In this document: in pieces, positions 1 through 8,631 of the stretch
How positions within the stretch are numbered: the first letter of the stretch is position 1
How the letters are laid out: every line of letters starts with the position of its first letter
IMG/VR virus record: IMGVR_UViG_2595698952_000001
Location: 160,001 to 224,000 of that record
Length of the DNA stretch: 64,000 bases
Direction: 5' to 3' (one strand)
From: a virus
Taxonomy: Duplodnaviria; Caudoviricetes
The notes under the pieces: generated by a model
Database searches by the model: none
What the model saw: only the letters and a program-made list of their open reading frames with translations
What the model was told of the DNA's origin: nothing
Made by a program: the position numbers and the translations under genes

Positions 1-633
1 CGTCGCTTGTATGTGAAAGTGACCCAGGATTATGCCCGTACTCATGAGCTCTACAAAGAGTACCACCGTGGTCCGGTGGGGAGTGCGGAACGCTTCTGGG
101 ACAAGTTCCGTAAATACATCGGTTTTTCAACCGACCAGGATAAACGCCGTAAGCTGTACGGTGAAGTTTTCACCATGGCGTTACGCCTGACCGCGGACAC
201 TTTACGGTCTGGTGAATTAATCGACCAAATCCTTAGTCTGGTTGAACGTAACGGTCGTATTGACCATAAAGCGTCCGGGCACGATGACTTGGTTGTCTCT
301 TGGCTTCTGGCGATGTGGCTGATTCTGTTCGGTAATAACTTAGGCCATTACGGCATAAGCAACAGCCGACTGATGATGCGCAATCGTAATTTGTTGGAGA
401 ACAAGGGCGACTTTGACGAAGAGGAACAGGTCGAGGAGGAAGAAAAGCAACAAAAACTGATGGGGGAAATCGAGGAGGCTATCCGTTACTCAGCCGGGTT
501 ATCCGATCCGGTTCAGCAAATGGCAAGTCGCAATCGGTTGCAATCTCTCATTGCCCAACTCAACACTGATACGCGAAATGTCGCGTCGATGGAAAGCTTG
601 AAAGAGCTTATCCAACGGCAGAGGATGAAGTGA
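1..633 (+). CDS. Terminase large subunit, C-terminal nuclease part (partial, runs off the left edge)
   Basis: Motif RIDHKASGHDDLVVSWLLAMW matches the HDD nuclease motif of phiKZ-like terminases; the frame is open from the window start. Confidence 0.8.
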   Translation, partial: RRLYVKVTQDYARTHELYKEYHRGPVGSAERFWDKFRKYIGFSTDQDKRRKLYGEVFTMALRLTADTLRSGELIDQILSLVERNGRIDHKASGHDDLVVSWLLAMWLILFGNNLGHYGISNSRLMMRNRNLLENKGDFDEEEQVEEEEKQQKLMGEIEEAIRYSAGLSDPVQQMASRNRLQSLIAQLNTDTRNVASMESLKELIQRQRMK

Positions 634-869
634 TGACTCTAACTTACTATATCGTAGTAGCCCTGATGTGGGTTTGTCTGTTTCTGATGGTAAGACATAC
701 CTGCACCGTGGTGAACAATTATGGTCGGCGTTGTGGTGCGTGTTCGCGCACGGTACGCATGGCTCAGTTCACCGGGGTGTTTGGCTTGTTTGTCGTCGGT
801 ACAGGTGCAACCTACGCGGCGAGTGTGGTACTCGCTTTACACACACTTGCTGTCTCCGGAGTCCATTAA
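630..869 (+). CDS. Small membrane protein (2 predicted TM helices)
   Basis: Overlaps the terminase stop (GTGA); two hydrophobic stretches. Confidence 0.6.
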   Translation: MMTLTYYIVVALMWVCLFLMVRHTCTVVNNYGRRCGACSRTVRMAQFTGVFGLFVVGTGATYAASVVLALHTLAVSGVH

Positions 870-898
870 ATCCAGAAACTCAAAAATAATTCGAGTTA

Positions 899-935
899 GC
901 CGCTACCCTTTCGTGGGGTAGCGGCCTTTTATTTT
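899..935. terminator. Intrinsic terminator between convergent genes
   Basis: GCCGCTACCC/GGGTAGCGGC stem followed by a T tract. Confidence 0.8.
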
Positions 936-2310
936 ATTTCTGTAATGAGCGAATCAGGAAATACAACAGCAACGCATTACGCAATGCAGCAAGCGCAGAC
1001 TCGTGACGGATGTGAGTTTCCTTGGCAGCCAGTTTCTCAATCCGGGTACGCAACGACAACACGTACGGGTTCGGGGATTTTGATGCCTGGTACAGGGAAC
1101 GCATCCGCAGCAGTACCGTGCCTGCATCGTTGAAGTTCAAGCGACTGCTCACGACTTCGTCAAATGCATGGGACAGGGTGTCTTCCATGATGCTGTTAAT
1201 CTCATCACGCTTCTTACCCAGGGGCAGTCCGGCGATGTAACTCAGCAGCTGCTTGAGGGCCGCAGGCGATGCCTTCGGAACCATCTCCAGCACCACGCGA
1301 GCCAACTCTTCCTTGTACAGGTTGTTGATGTCGTAAGAGGCATCGAACAGGTTCTGCTTGGCAATGTCCAGGGCACCGACTTTGTCACGGATAATGGATT
1401 CACCGTCCAACTCAATACGAGAGGACTGAATCACCATGCGGCTGTTTTCCCGACGTACCCGGTCTAACACGGCGTAGTAGTCTTTCACGGTCTGTTTGGT
1501 ACGAGTGTTCAAGTCCGTGATAAACCGCAGCACCAAGTCCGGGGTGTCGTAGCGCTTGACCGCATCGTAGTTCGGGTAGTCTGGTGAGCAGAAATACTCC
1601 GCACGCTCCTGCATGTGCAAGCCCCAGTTGCCCAGACGACGAATGTCAAACTTTAACGACAGCATCGAGTAGGTCACCTCGGCCGCATTCATATCCACCG
1701 GTTTCGGGAAGAAGTGGTAGTAGATACTCGAGTAGAATTTGAACTGGAGAATCACCACCAGATCAACCGCCGCATTACGGATCTCTTTGTCGCTGAATTT
1801 CGGGAACATCAAATGCAGCAGATAAGTAATGGTCAGGTTGAAGGTGTCCCCGGCCACGTTCCAGTCGGTGTTGATGGCTTCGGCTTCTTTGATAAGCTCG
1901 GCCAAGAAGTCTTCGTCGACTTTCAACACTTCTTCGAACAGGCGGTTACGGTCGGAGTCGTAAAAACGAATCTGGTGCACGCCCAACAGGTTCGACCCAC
2001 GCCACTCGACGTTGCCGTCACGGCCCAGAATCGATGCAACGTACATCCGCATCCGCTGCGCCATCTTACGGTCAATCACCACGCCCTTAAAGGCGTTGTC
2101 AAACGCTTTACGCAAGCGGTCATTCTTAAGGGCTTCGGTGGCAACCACCATCCCCATCGGAACATATCCGCCAAACCCGTAATCGTAGTACAATCCGGTG
2201 GCGAAAGAACCGTCGTCAAAGAAGGGGTCACGACCGTGTCTTTCACGGGCAACTTTTACCTCGGGACTCGCGTAAAGTCCTGATGCAAAATCATAAACTA
2301 GATCGGACAT
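934..2310 (-). CDS. Putative virion (head) structural protein with A-X-E processing sites
   Basis: Start MSDLVYD preceded by a GAGG RBS (the ORF track over-extends to 2535); N-terminal VARE and VATE motifs typical of prohead-protease substrates. Confidence 0.6.
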   Translation of the reverse strand: MSDLVYDFASGLYASPEVKVARERHGRDPFFDDGSFATGLYYDYGFGGYVPMGMVVATEALKNDRLRKAFDNAFKGVVIDRKMAQRMRMYVASILGRDGNVEWRGSNLLGVHQIRFYDSDRNRLFEEVLKVDEDFLAELIKEAEAINTDWNVAGDTFNLTITYLLHLMFPKFSDKEIRNAAVDLVVILQFKFYSSIYYHFFPKPVDMNAAEVTYSMLSLKFDIRRLGNWGLHMQERAEYFCSPDYPNYDAVKRYDTPDLVLRFITDLNTRTKQTVKDYYAVLDRVRRENSRMVIQSSRIELDGESIIRDKVGALDIAKQNLFDASYDINNLYKEELARVVLEMVPKASPAALKQLLSYIAGLPLGKKRDEINSIMEDTLSHAFDEVVSSRLNFNDAGTVLLRMRSLYQASKSPNPYVLSLRTRIEKLAAKETHIRHESALAALRNALLLYFLIRSLQK

Positions 2311-2335
2311 GGCATGAACCTCTAAAAAATTACGG

Positions 2336-2347
2336 ATAGATATTATC
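2336..2347 (+). promoter_or_regulatory. Phage promoter motif ATAGATATTATC
   Basis: The same 12-mer recurs at 13859, 30517, 31933 and 35760 (variant at 22315), mostly upstream of operon starts. Confidence 0.65.
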
Positions 2348-2383
2348 CTTTTGATAGTAGTATACCTAAAGGAGATTTTTCCC

Positions 2384-3517
2384 ATGAAGAAATATGAACG
2401 CAAAGCAACGTGGCACAAAGCGCTACGTTCCGGTACGATATCAAAAGACCAGGATGTAAAGATGTGGGTATTGCCACACGGGGTTATCTGTGAGTTAGCC
2501 CGTGTTGGGGGTATGCCGATTCTACGCAACGGCAACTATGACGCCGTCAATTCTTTCCTGGCGAAAACACTGTCTGATGCGGGCATTGAAAACGAGGTGC
2601 TGTTTTATACCACCCGTGTTATCCCGCAGACGTTATCGCGTTGGCTTACACACTGGTTGTCGACAGACCCCGGTGAAAACGATCCAGAGCTGAGTTCCGT
2701 TACCGTTACCACAATGGGACAATATCCGCAGAAACCTTTACCCTTTCAGGTTAACGTGGTGGAGCCAGTTCTGGTGAAAGCAGGGGCTGTGTTTGAGAAC
2801 ATCAAACAGAAATCCCGTAATAACGCCGTCTCTCAATTTATCGTTGAGGCGAACGGTGTGCAATACCGACTAGAACCGGTGCGTAACACCACCGGGAAAA
2901 TCATTGACTGCACAGAGTACGGCTACGTGGTCCGCACACCCACAGGTCACACTTTCCTGGCAACTATGATCTCTCGTCGCATCCAGTCGCAGCTAAAACA
3001 TTACAATGTGCGGCCGGACGATCTTATCGGTACCGAAGTTAAGATCGAATATACGATGTTTACCGAAGGGACTCGACTGTGCAACTTCAAGTCTTCGATA
3101 ATTTATCGAAGCATTGCCCTGGATAACATGGGCGACTCTTACCCTGCCACATACGATGGCCCGAACCTCTTTAAGCAATTACCAGGCGGTAGCAATCCAG
3201 CGCTCTTGACTGTAACGCGTTGCGGCCGTGCGGATATTGCGCTAAGAGAAGGGACAATTTATGGCATTGAGCGGGAGTCCGGTGAGACCCTCTTTAGATT
3301 TGAACCTGGCGTATCGCATGGTTTGTATGCGGCGCAGTTCGAACACAAAGGGGTGACCGAAACCTGGCGTTTCGTATCTGAGTTTGCTGTGGATGTTATA
3401 GACCCGACCGCATTCGTGGAGAGTGTGGCTACCCAAATCTTTGGGGCAACGGGCTATAGTCTACAAAGGCTTGGACTGTGTTACGCTGAAACCGAACCAC
3501 AGTCAATGGAAACTTAA
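2384..3517 (+). CDS. Hypothetical protein, possible degenerate ATP-dependent DNA ligase fold
   Basis: AAGGAG RBS before ATG 2384; OB-like segment DDLIGTEVKIEYTMFTEG; LPHG where a ligase has KxDG. Confidence 0.55.
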   Translation: MKKYERKATWHKALRSGTISKDQDVKMWVLPHGVICELARVGGMPILRNGNYDAVNSFLAKTLSDAGIENEVLFYTTRVIPQTLSRWLTHWLSTDPGENDPELSSVTVTTMGQYPQKPLPFQVNVVEPVLVKAGAVFENIKQKSRNNAVSQFIVEANGVQYRLEPVRNTTGKIIDCTEYGYVVRTPTGHTFLATMISRRIQSQLKHYNVRPDDLIGTEVKIEYTMFTEGTRLCNFKSSIIYRSIALDNMGDSYPATYDGPNLFKQLPGGSNPALLTVTRCGRADIALREGTIYGIERESGETLFRFEPGVSHGLYAAQFEHKGVTETWRFVSEFAVDVIDPTAFVESVATQIFGATGYSLQRLGLCYAETEPQSMET

Positions 3518-3527
3518 GGAGCACCCT

Positions 3528-4037
3528 ATGTTTACTGCGCCAACCATGCTCTCTGGTAGCAGCCTGCGAGTAGCGTGCCAAGATGCACGCCTCATGGAAC
3601 TCTGCGATCAGAGCATACTTACTGCGATGATGACCCACAACCCTTTAGGTGACTACGGAAATACCAGCGAGATATTGGCCGTTGCTGCCGTGCTCCGTCG
3701 TATTTACGGTCATTTCACAATCGTGGATCTGTGTGACTTTATTGACAACCATACCGATTTAGCGAAAGGGTTGGTGGCGTTAACACAAGACGGTGTATCA
3801 AGCTTTGATAGCGGCATCGGCAACTTTTTGGATATTGGCTCAGGCTTTGACTCGGGGATGATGTTTATCACCCGTGAACGCTATGTGGCCGTTTGGGAAT
3901 TCATGGCGAAGATGGGCGTGAACGTGCCGTCTAAGATCATGTACTACCCGACTCACGATTTGAATATCTTCGGTGAGCCAGGACTCTGGGTAAAACCCGT
4001 GCACCTGGGACTTGACGGACTGACCGTTAAGTGTTAA
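3528..4037 (+). CDS. Hypothetical protein
   Basis: TAAGGAG RBS then ATG 3528 (MFTAPT); followed by a hairpin terminator at 4047-4081. Confidence 0.75.
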   Translation: MFTAPTMLSGSSLRVACQDARLMELCDQSILTAMMTHNPLGDYGNTSEILAVAAVLRRIYGHFTIVDLCDFIDNHTDLAKGLVALTQDGVSSFDSGIGNFLDIGSGFDSGMMFITRERYVAVWEFMAKMGVNVPSKIMYYPTHDLNIFGEPGLWVKPVHLGLDGLTVKC

Positions 4038-4102
4038 GTATCCAACGCGCACTCTCTTCGGGGGGTGCGCAACACTTTTTTATTTCCTAAAGGATAACGA
4101 GT

Positions 4103-4651
4103 ATGTTCCAATTGTTTAAAGACGTGTTCTCCCTGACCTCGACCCCGCACATCTCCCTGGCAGAGAACTGGCAGGAGGACATCGCCAACCAAATGCGTGA
4201 CCTGGTACGTACTGACCGCATGGAGAATCGTTACGTGGTGTGGTACAAGGACGACAAGCCGTATTTCATCTTTGTGGTCGCGCCTGTCGAGGATCGCCAT
4301 TACCTCTACGTCAAAGAGCACCTCAGTGACGAAATCGTCAACGGGCTACGCGGTACATTAAGCGAAGAGGGGGATGTGAGCAAATACATCCTGTGCAGCG
4401 ATTTAAGGACACCAATCGAATTAGCGGCGGCAACGTTCCAGGGAGTGGCTATCGACATCCCAGGGAGCGTTACAGACGACGTAATCGTGCAATTCATCGG
4501 AAGCGCCGGGGAGGAAGTTGTCCGTCATCGGAAAACGCTGGCCCCTGGTCTGTCACCGGTGTTGTTCCTGTCGGGTAATTTCACTGTCGAGGACATTGCC
4601 GAACTTGAACAAGCGGGTTTCAAGTTGGGTAATCTTCTGTACAAATTTTAA
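4103..4651 (+). CDS. Hypothetical protein
   Basis: AAGGA RBS; followed by a UUCG-loop terminator at 4659-4688. Confidence 0.75.
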   Translation: MFQLFKDVFSLTSTPHISLAENWQEDIANQMRDLVRTDRMENRYVVWYKDDKPYFIFVVAPVEDRHYLYVKEHLSDEIVNGLRGTLSEEGDVSKYILCSDLRTPIELAAATFQGVAIDIPGSVTDDVIVQFIGSAGEEVVRHRKTLAPGLSPVLFLSGNFTVEDIAELEQAGFKLGNLLYKF

Positions 4652-5089
4652 CCAATTTGGGTGCCTTCGGGTGCCCTTTTATTTTTTTGCCCTGCTCACT
4701 TTTTAACCAATGTTTGTACACTTTTTAACCAGCGCCAAAAAGCCCCCTGAAAAGCTCTCTGAGGAGATTTACTCTGACCCGGTACGTTTGGGTGCCTGCC
4801 CCCCTTTCGTCGCTGTGACGTGGCTTACAGGACGCGTGCGCCCCATCCCCGGTTCGCCGAGCCGACCGCCGCGACGATCAAAATATCATGTACGCTTCGC
4901 GTTGGAATGGATTGGGAGACTGGATCGATTTGTAATTCGCATCTCTGCGAATTACCTTCGAGTGCTTTTCCTGGCTTACTGCCTATCCGGCCCTTAAGGC
5001 CGGGATTATTTAAAAATTTCCTTTTTAAATTAGTGACTTACGTCACTCATTGATTTCAGGTTTTGATCTTCGGCGGATCTCTTTCATTA

Positions 5090-5243
5090 TACGCGCGTAC
5101 GCGCACACCCGTATCCTCCAGGATCTTTTAATATATATATATTTATTATTAATATCTTTAGATATTATTAAATATATTAAAATATATTAATATCTTTAGA
5201 TATATTTAAAAGATCTTAAAACGCGTGGGTGCGCGCGTGATCC
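5090..5243. other. AT-rich imperfect palindrome with a 17-bp direct repeat; candidate replication origin
   Basis: ~95-bp almost pure A/T core, TTAATATCTTTAGATAT at 5149 and 5187, inverted GATCTTTTAA/TTAAAAGATC arms, CG-rich flanks. Confidence 0.45.
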
Positions 5244-5307
5244 TTATTACGAGATCGTGATCGGGGGGAGGGGAGGAATTATTTTTTACAAGACTTCCCA
5301 GTAGTGT

Positions 5308-5520
5308 GACAAGTTGACCCCGATGGCATTACGGGAAAGCCACTCTCGACCGAGGATGAGTCTCAGTGTAGCGTGTGTGCGAAATGGGAGTGGCGCTTTT
5401 TCAACGAACGAATCTTACAGGCTGGTAGGATGGAAGGGGAAACCTAGCGACCCTCAGAGTCGCAAACTGCTGTGTGTTGGCTCCGCCCCTGGGGTAAAAC
5501 CTCGGGGCGATTTTTTTTTC
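5308..5520 (+). ncRNA. Putative ~210-nt structured small RNA
   Basis: TTAC-N15-TGTG promoter-like motif at 5286-5308; stems GTTGA/TCAAC, GCCACTCTC/GGGAGTGGC, GCGAC/GTCGC; ends in a strong terminator (5485-5519). Confidence 0.5.
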
Positions 5521-5555
5521 TCCCGAAATCGAATTACGAGTTTGTTTAGTTATAT

Positions 5556-6105
5556 GCGAATAGTTTCCTCGAACGTCACTGCTTGGGGATAGCTGATTTT
5601 CTGCGGATGCAGAGCTCCACCCTGGTCTTCACCAGCCAGGGTGCTTTTTCGAGAATTCCTATCGTGGGAGCCCTCGAAAAAGCAAATCGCTCAGCCTAAC
5701 ACTGTTGGTTTGTTTAGTATGTTCGGCAAAAAGTGTTTCGCGACACTTCGAACGGGTGGTTCCGAGCGGGGAAACTTTGAACCACCCACCCATTCAGGTA
5801 TCGGCTTTTTGCAATCGGCCTTTGGTCGTGATGCATGACGCTTTCACCGTCACACATGTGCCGGTACCGTGGCAGCTCCAGATGCGGGACTTCGAGTATA
5901 CGCCGTTGAACTTACCTCCGGTAGTCCTCGTCGTTCCCGCCCTGGGGTGCGGCCAATCCGAATTCGGCGTTGCGTCGATAGGGGTCTGCGTGTAGAACCG
6001 CAGGCTTGGGGTTACTCCCGAAGGAGAGTGGTCCATATCTTGGCGGCTCGGGAAGACGAGAGGGGTGGATGTCCTCGTTGGGAAACGACGATGTCTGGCT
6101 GAATA
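5556..6105 (+). ncRNA. Putative ~550-nt large structured non-coding RNA
   Basis: TTAC-N15-TATG motif at 5534-5556; dense hairpins and long-range pairings; no credible ORF with an RBS. Confidence 0.55.
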
Positions 6106-6156
6106 AAATTTACAGGTTAGCCGTTGGGTATGTTAAACAACCCACGGAGAACTGCA

Positions 6157-6666
6157 ATGACCACAATCGCTTACGACGGGAAAACCCTCGCGGGTGATTC
6201 CCAAACGACACAAGGCGACATCCGCCTGTCGATGCACGCTGTGAAAATCTTCACCCCCCAACCAGGTGAGTCCTGGGCGGTGAACGGGGAGAAAGCGGTT
6301 TCGTTTGGTGTGGCTGGATGTCTTCAAGGCAACAACGCACTGCGTGAAGCGCTGAACAGTTGCATGAAGGGCTACCAGGGTCTGACCGGAAGCACACGAT
6401 TCCCAAAAGGGATTGTGATTAGTTATCTGGTTGTGACCGAGCATGGTAACGTCTACGCCGGTGGTCAATACGAGAACGACGAGATGCCTTGGCTGACCAA
6501 AGTCGCTGCACCCATTGCGGTGGGTAGCGGGGCAGAGTTCGCCATTGGTGCGATGGCCGCAGGCGCATCCGCTGGTGACGCAGTTAGTATTGCGGCACGG
6601 TTCGATGTAAACACTGGTGGCGAGATTCGGGAGATTAGCCATGAAGCTCTTTCACGTCACGCGTGA
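6157..6666 (+). CDS. HslV/proteasome-type Ntn-hydrolase peptidase
   Basis: N-terminus MTTIAYDGKTLAGDSQTT, later AVGSGAEFAIGAM and DVNTGG motifs; GGAG RBS. Confidence 0.85.
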   Translation: MTTIAYDGKTLAGDSQTTQGDIRLSMHAVKIFTPQPGESWAVNGEKAVSFGVAGCLQGNNALREALNSCMKGYQGLTGSTRFPKGIVISYLVVTEHGNVYAGGQYENDEMPWLTKVAAPIAVGSGAEFAIGAMAAGASAGDAVSIAARFDVNTGGEIREISHEALSRHA

Positions 6667-7018
6667 CTCGTATGTTTTATCTGGCGTGGTGGCAACCGCG
6701 ATTATCTGCGCGGAATCCCACGAAGCAGCAGTCAGACATTGGCCTAAGGTCGACCGTCAGATGCAGCTCGAGGTTGTTGAGTTAGCACCCGCACCAGAAA
6801 ACCAGTTACCGGGTGTCGTGTTGACAACCCAGTTCTGGGGACAGGGTAAACCGGGTTCATTGGCCTCGCGTCATCCGGAAGCAAAGATTTTCATCATCGA
6901 GTTTGAACGTACGGCAACGACCGCGCTTAAAGTCACAGACTGGAAAGACCACAGAGGTCCCCATCCGGATTTTGAGGGTGGCGATATTGACCCGCAAACG
7001 TTAAGCCCGGCGTTTTAG
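6641..7018 (+). CDS. Hypothetical protein
   Basis: GGGAG RBS before ATG 6641, overlapping the peptidase gene. Confidence 0.65.
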   Translation: MKLFHVTRDSYVLSGVVATAIICAESHEAAVRHWPKVDRQMQLEVVELAPAPENQLPGVVLTTQFWGQGKPGSLASRHPEAKIFIIEFERTATTALKVTDWKDHRGPHPDFEGGDIDPQTLSPAF

Positions 7019-7024
7019 TATTCT

Positions 7025-7100
7025 AGGGGCATAGCTCAGCTGGCAGAGCACCGGTCTCCAAAACCGGGTGTCCAAGGTTCGAATCCTTGTGCCCCTGCCA
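7025..7100 (+). tRNA. trnW: tRNA-Trp(CCA)
   Basis: Cloverleaf; anticodon arm CCGGT-CT CCA AA-ACCGG; GTTCGAATC T-loop; encoded CCA. Confidence 0.95.
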
Positions 7101-7174
7101 AATTTAGCCTGCAAGTTCAGTTCTATCCAAAAGCCAATCTGTCCACTACGGACGCTGCTGATTTGGAGAACACC

Positions 7175-7429
7175 ATGAACTTGTATTTGTTAGAAAGACT
7201 AGACCGTGTGGATTACGACGAGTTTGATTCCATAGTCGTGGCTGCCCCTAACCGGGGTGCCGCGCGCGCAACACGTCCCAGATACGGTCATTGGGCTGGC
7301 TCTTGCTATTGTGACGACGATGTACCGTGTACTTGTGGCTGCGATGACGGCGTACGCCTGAGCGTCACTTGTATCGGTCGTACTGACTTACCGGCAGGAG
7401 TTATCCACGAGTCGTTCTGTGCAGGCTGA
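7175..7429 (+). CDS. Small Cys-rich hypothetical protein
   Basis: GGAG RBS; CYC...CTCGC cluster. Confidence 0.7.
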   Translation: MNLYLLERLDRVDYDEFDSIVVAAPNRGAARATRPRYGHWAGSCYCDDDVPCTCGCDDGVRLSVTCIGRTDLPAGVIHESFCAG

Positions 7430-7458
7430 ATACGGTGGGCTTCGGCCCACCACACTTT

Positions 7459-7534
7459 GGGGCGATGGCTCGAGCGGTAAGGCGAGTGATTGCAAATCAC
7501 TTTTAGGCCGGTTCAAATCCGGCTCGTCCCTCCA
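7459..7534 (+). tRNA. trnC: tRNA-Cys(GCA)
   Basis: AGTGA-TT GCA AA-TCACT anticodon arm; T-loop; TCCA end. Confidence 0.93.
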
Positions 7535-7569
7535 ATTTTTTTCTGAATTCCTGTAGGAACTCAAATCGG

Positions 7570-7737
7570 ATGAAAGCCAAACTTCGTAATTTTGCGTTGC
7601 TGGTTTTCCTGGTGTTGGCCGTATTGTTCTACCTGGCTAAGAATTTTGTGATGCTCGCCGTTGACGTCGCAATAATTCTGATGGTCTTGTGGGTGCTACG
7701 GTCACTCGCTAAACGGGCTTTCCGTCGGAAGGCTTAG
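7570..7737 (+). CDS. 55-aa membrane protein (below the ORF-track length cutoff)
   Basis: MKAKLRNFALLVFLVLAVLFYLAKNFVMLAVDVAIILMVLWVLRSLAKRAFRRKA: two hydrophobic helices with basic ends; AGGA RBS. Confidence 0.7.
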   Translation: MKAKLRNFALLVFLVLAVLFYLAKNFVMLAVDVAIILMVLWVLRSLAKRAFRRKA

Positions 7738-7800
7738 CGAACAGCGGAAACTCCGCTCTGTTGTATCAAACCCTGATATTCACCAGTAGGATAATAAAAC

Positions 7801-8631
7801 ATGAAAAAGCTTTTGGTAGGTTTGTTGGCAATCCTGGCGTTCTCCGCTCACGCTACTGATGTTACCATTACGACGGGCCAGCAAGGTCTGACGTACAACG
7901 CCACGTACGGCGTGAATCTTGCCAGTGCTCTGAATGAGTTCGGCAACAAGTCCACTGTGGTACCGTCGAAAGGTTCCCTGGACAACCTGGACAAAGTTGC
8001 TGCCGGTTCTGCGCAGATTGGTTTTACCCAGGCAGACGCTTTCCAGTTCTGGCGCTCACAGCATCCGAACGAAGCACAGAACGTAGACATCGTTGGCCAG
8101 CTGGGTGACGAGTGTGTCTTCGTGGCTGTCAAGAAAGAAGGTAAGGTTGGCGGTGAAGCCGATCTGAAAGAAGGCATTAAGATTGCGGTCGGTGAACCCG
8201 ACTCTGGTTCTTACGCCAGTTGGCAATACCTGCAAGGTTTGGTGAAGCAATACGCAAAAGCTGAAACCTACGCGAAAGGCGGTATCCGTTCTCTGTCCAA
8301 AGTGGCCACGGGTGAATACGACGCGTTCATGTGGGTAAGCGCACCGGGCAAGAATAACAAATTCCTCGAAGCAGTTAACCAGGATAGCTCTGGTCTGAAA
8401 CTCATCGACATGAACAACTGGAACGTCAACGATAAACTGCCTAACGGGCAAGCAGTCTACGAGAAGAAGTCTGCTAAAGTTGATAACTCTGCGTGGTTCG
8501 GTGGTGATGTGAAAGTGCCGTGCACCAAAACGTTGGTGGTTGCTAATACCGACGCCGGTGACGAACTGCTGGAAGCCGTTTCTACTATCCTCCTCAAGAA
8601 TGCTCCACGCATCATGGGGACGGGTAAGTAA
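7801..8631 (+). CDS. TAXI-family (TRAP) periplasmic solute-binding protein
   Basis: Signal peptide MKKLLVGLLAILAFSAHA; motifs ITTG..GLTY, SKGSLDNL, IGFTQAD, IAVGEPDSGS. Confidence 0.8.
   Translation: MKKLLVGLLAILAFSAHATDVTITTGQQGLTYNATYGVNLASALNEFGNKSTVVPSKGSLDNLDKVAAGSAQIGFTQADAFQFWRSQHPNEAQNVDIVGQLGDECVFVAVKKEGKVGGEADLKEGIKIAVGEPDSGSYASWQYLQGLVKQYAKAETYAKGGIRSLSKVATGEYDAFMWVSAPGKNNKFLEAVNQDSSGLKLIDMNNWNVNDKLPNGQAVYEKKSAKVDNSAWFGGDVKVPCTKTLVVANTDAGDELLEAVSTILLKNAPRIMGTGK

Noticed and set aside
4710-6197. Several 60-100-aa ORFs in the origin/ncRNA region
   Set aside because: No RBS, atypical composition, some cross terminators; the region is better explained by RNA or DNA structure
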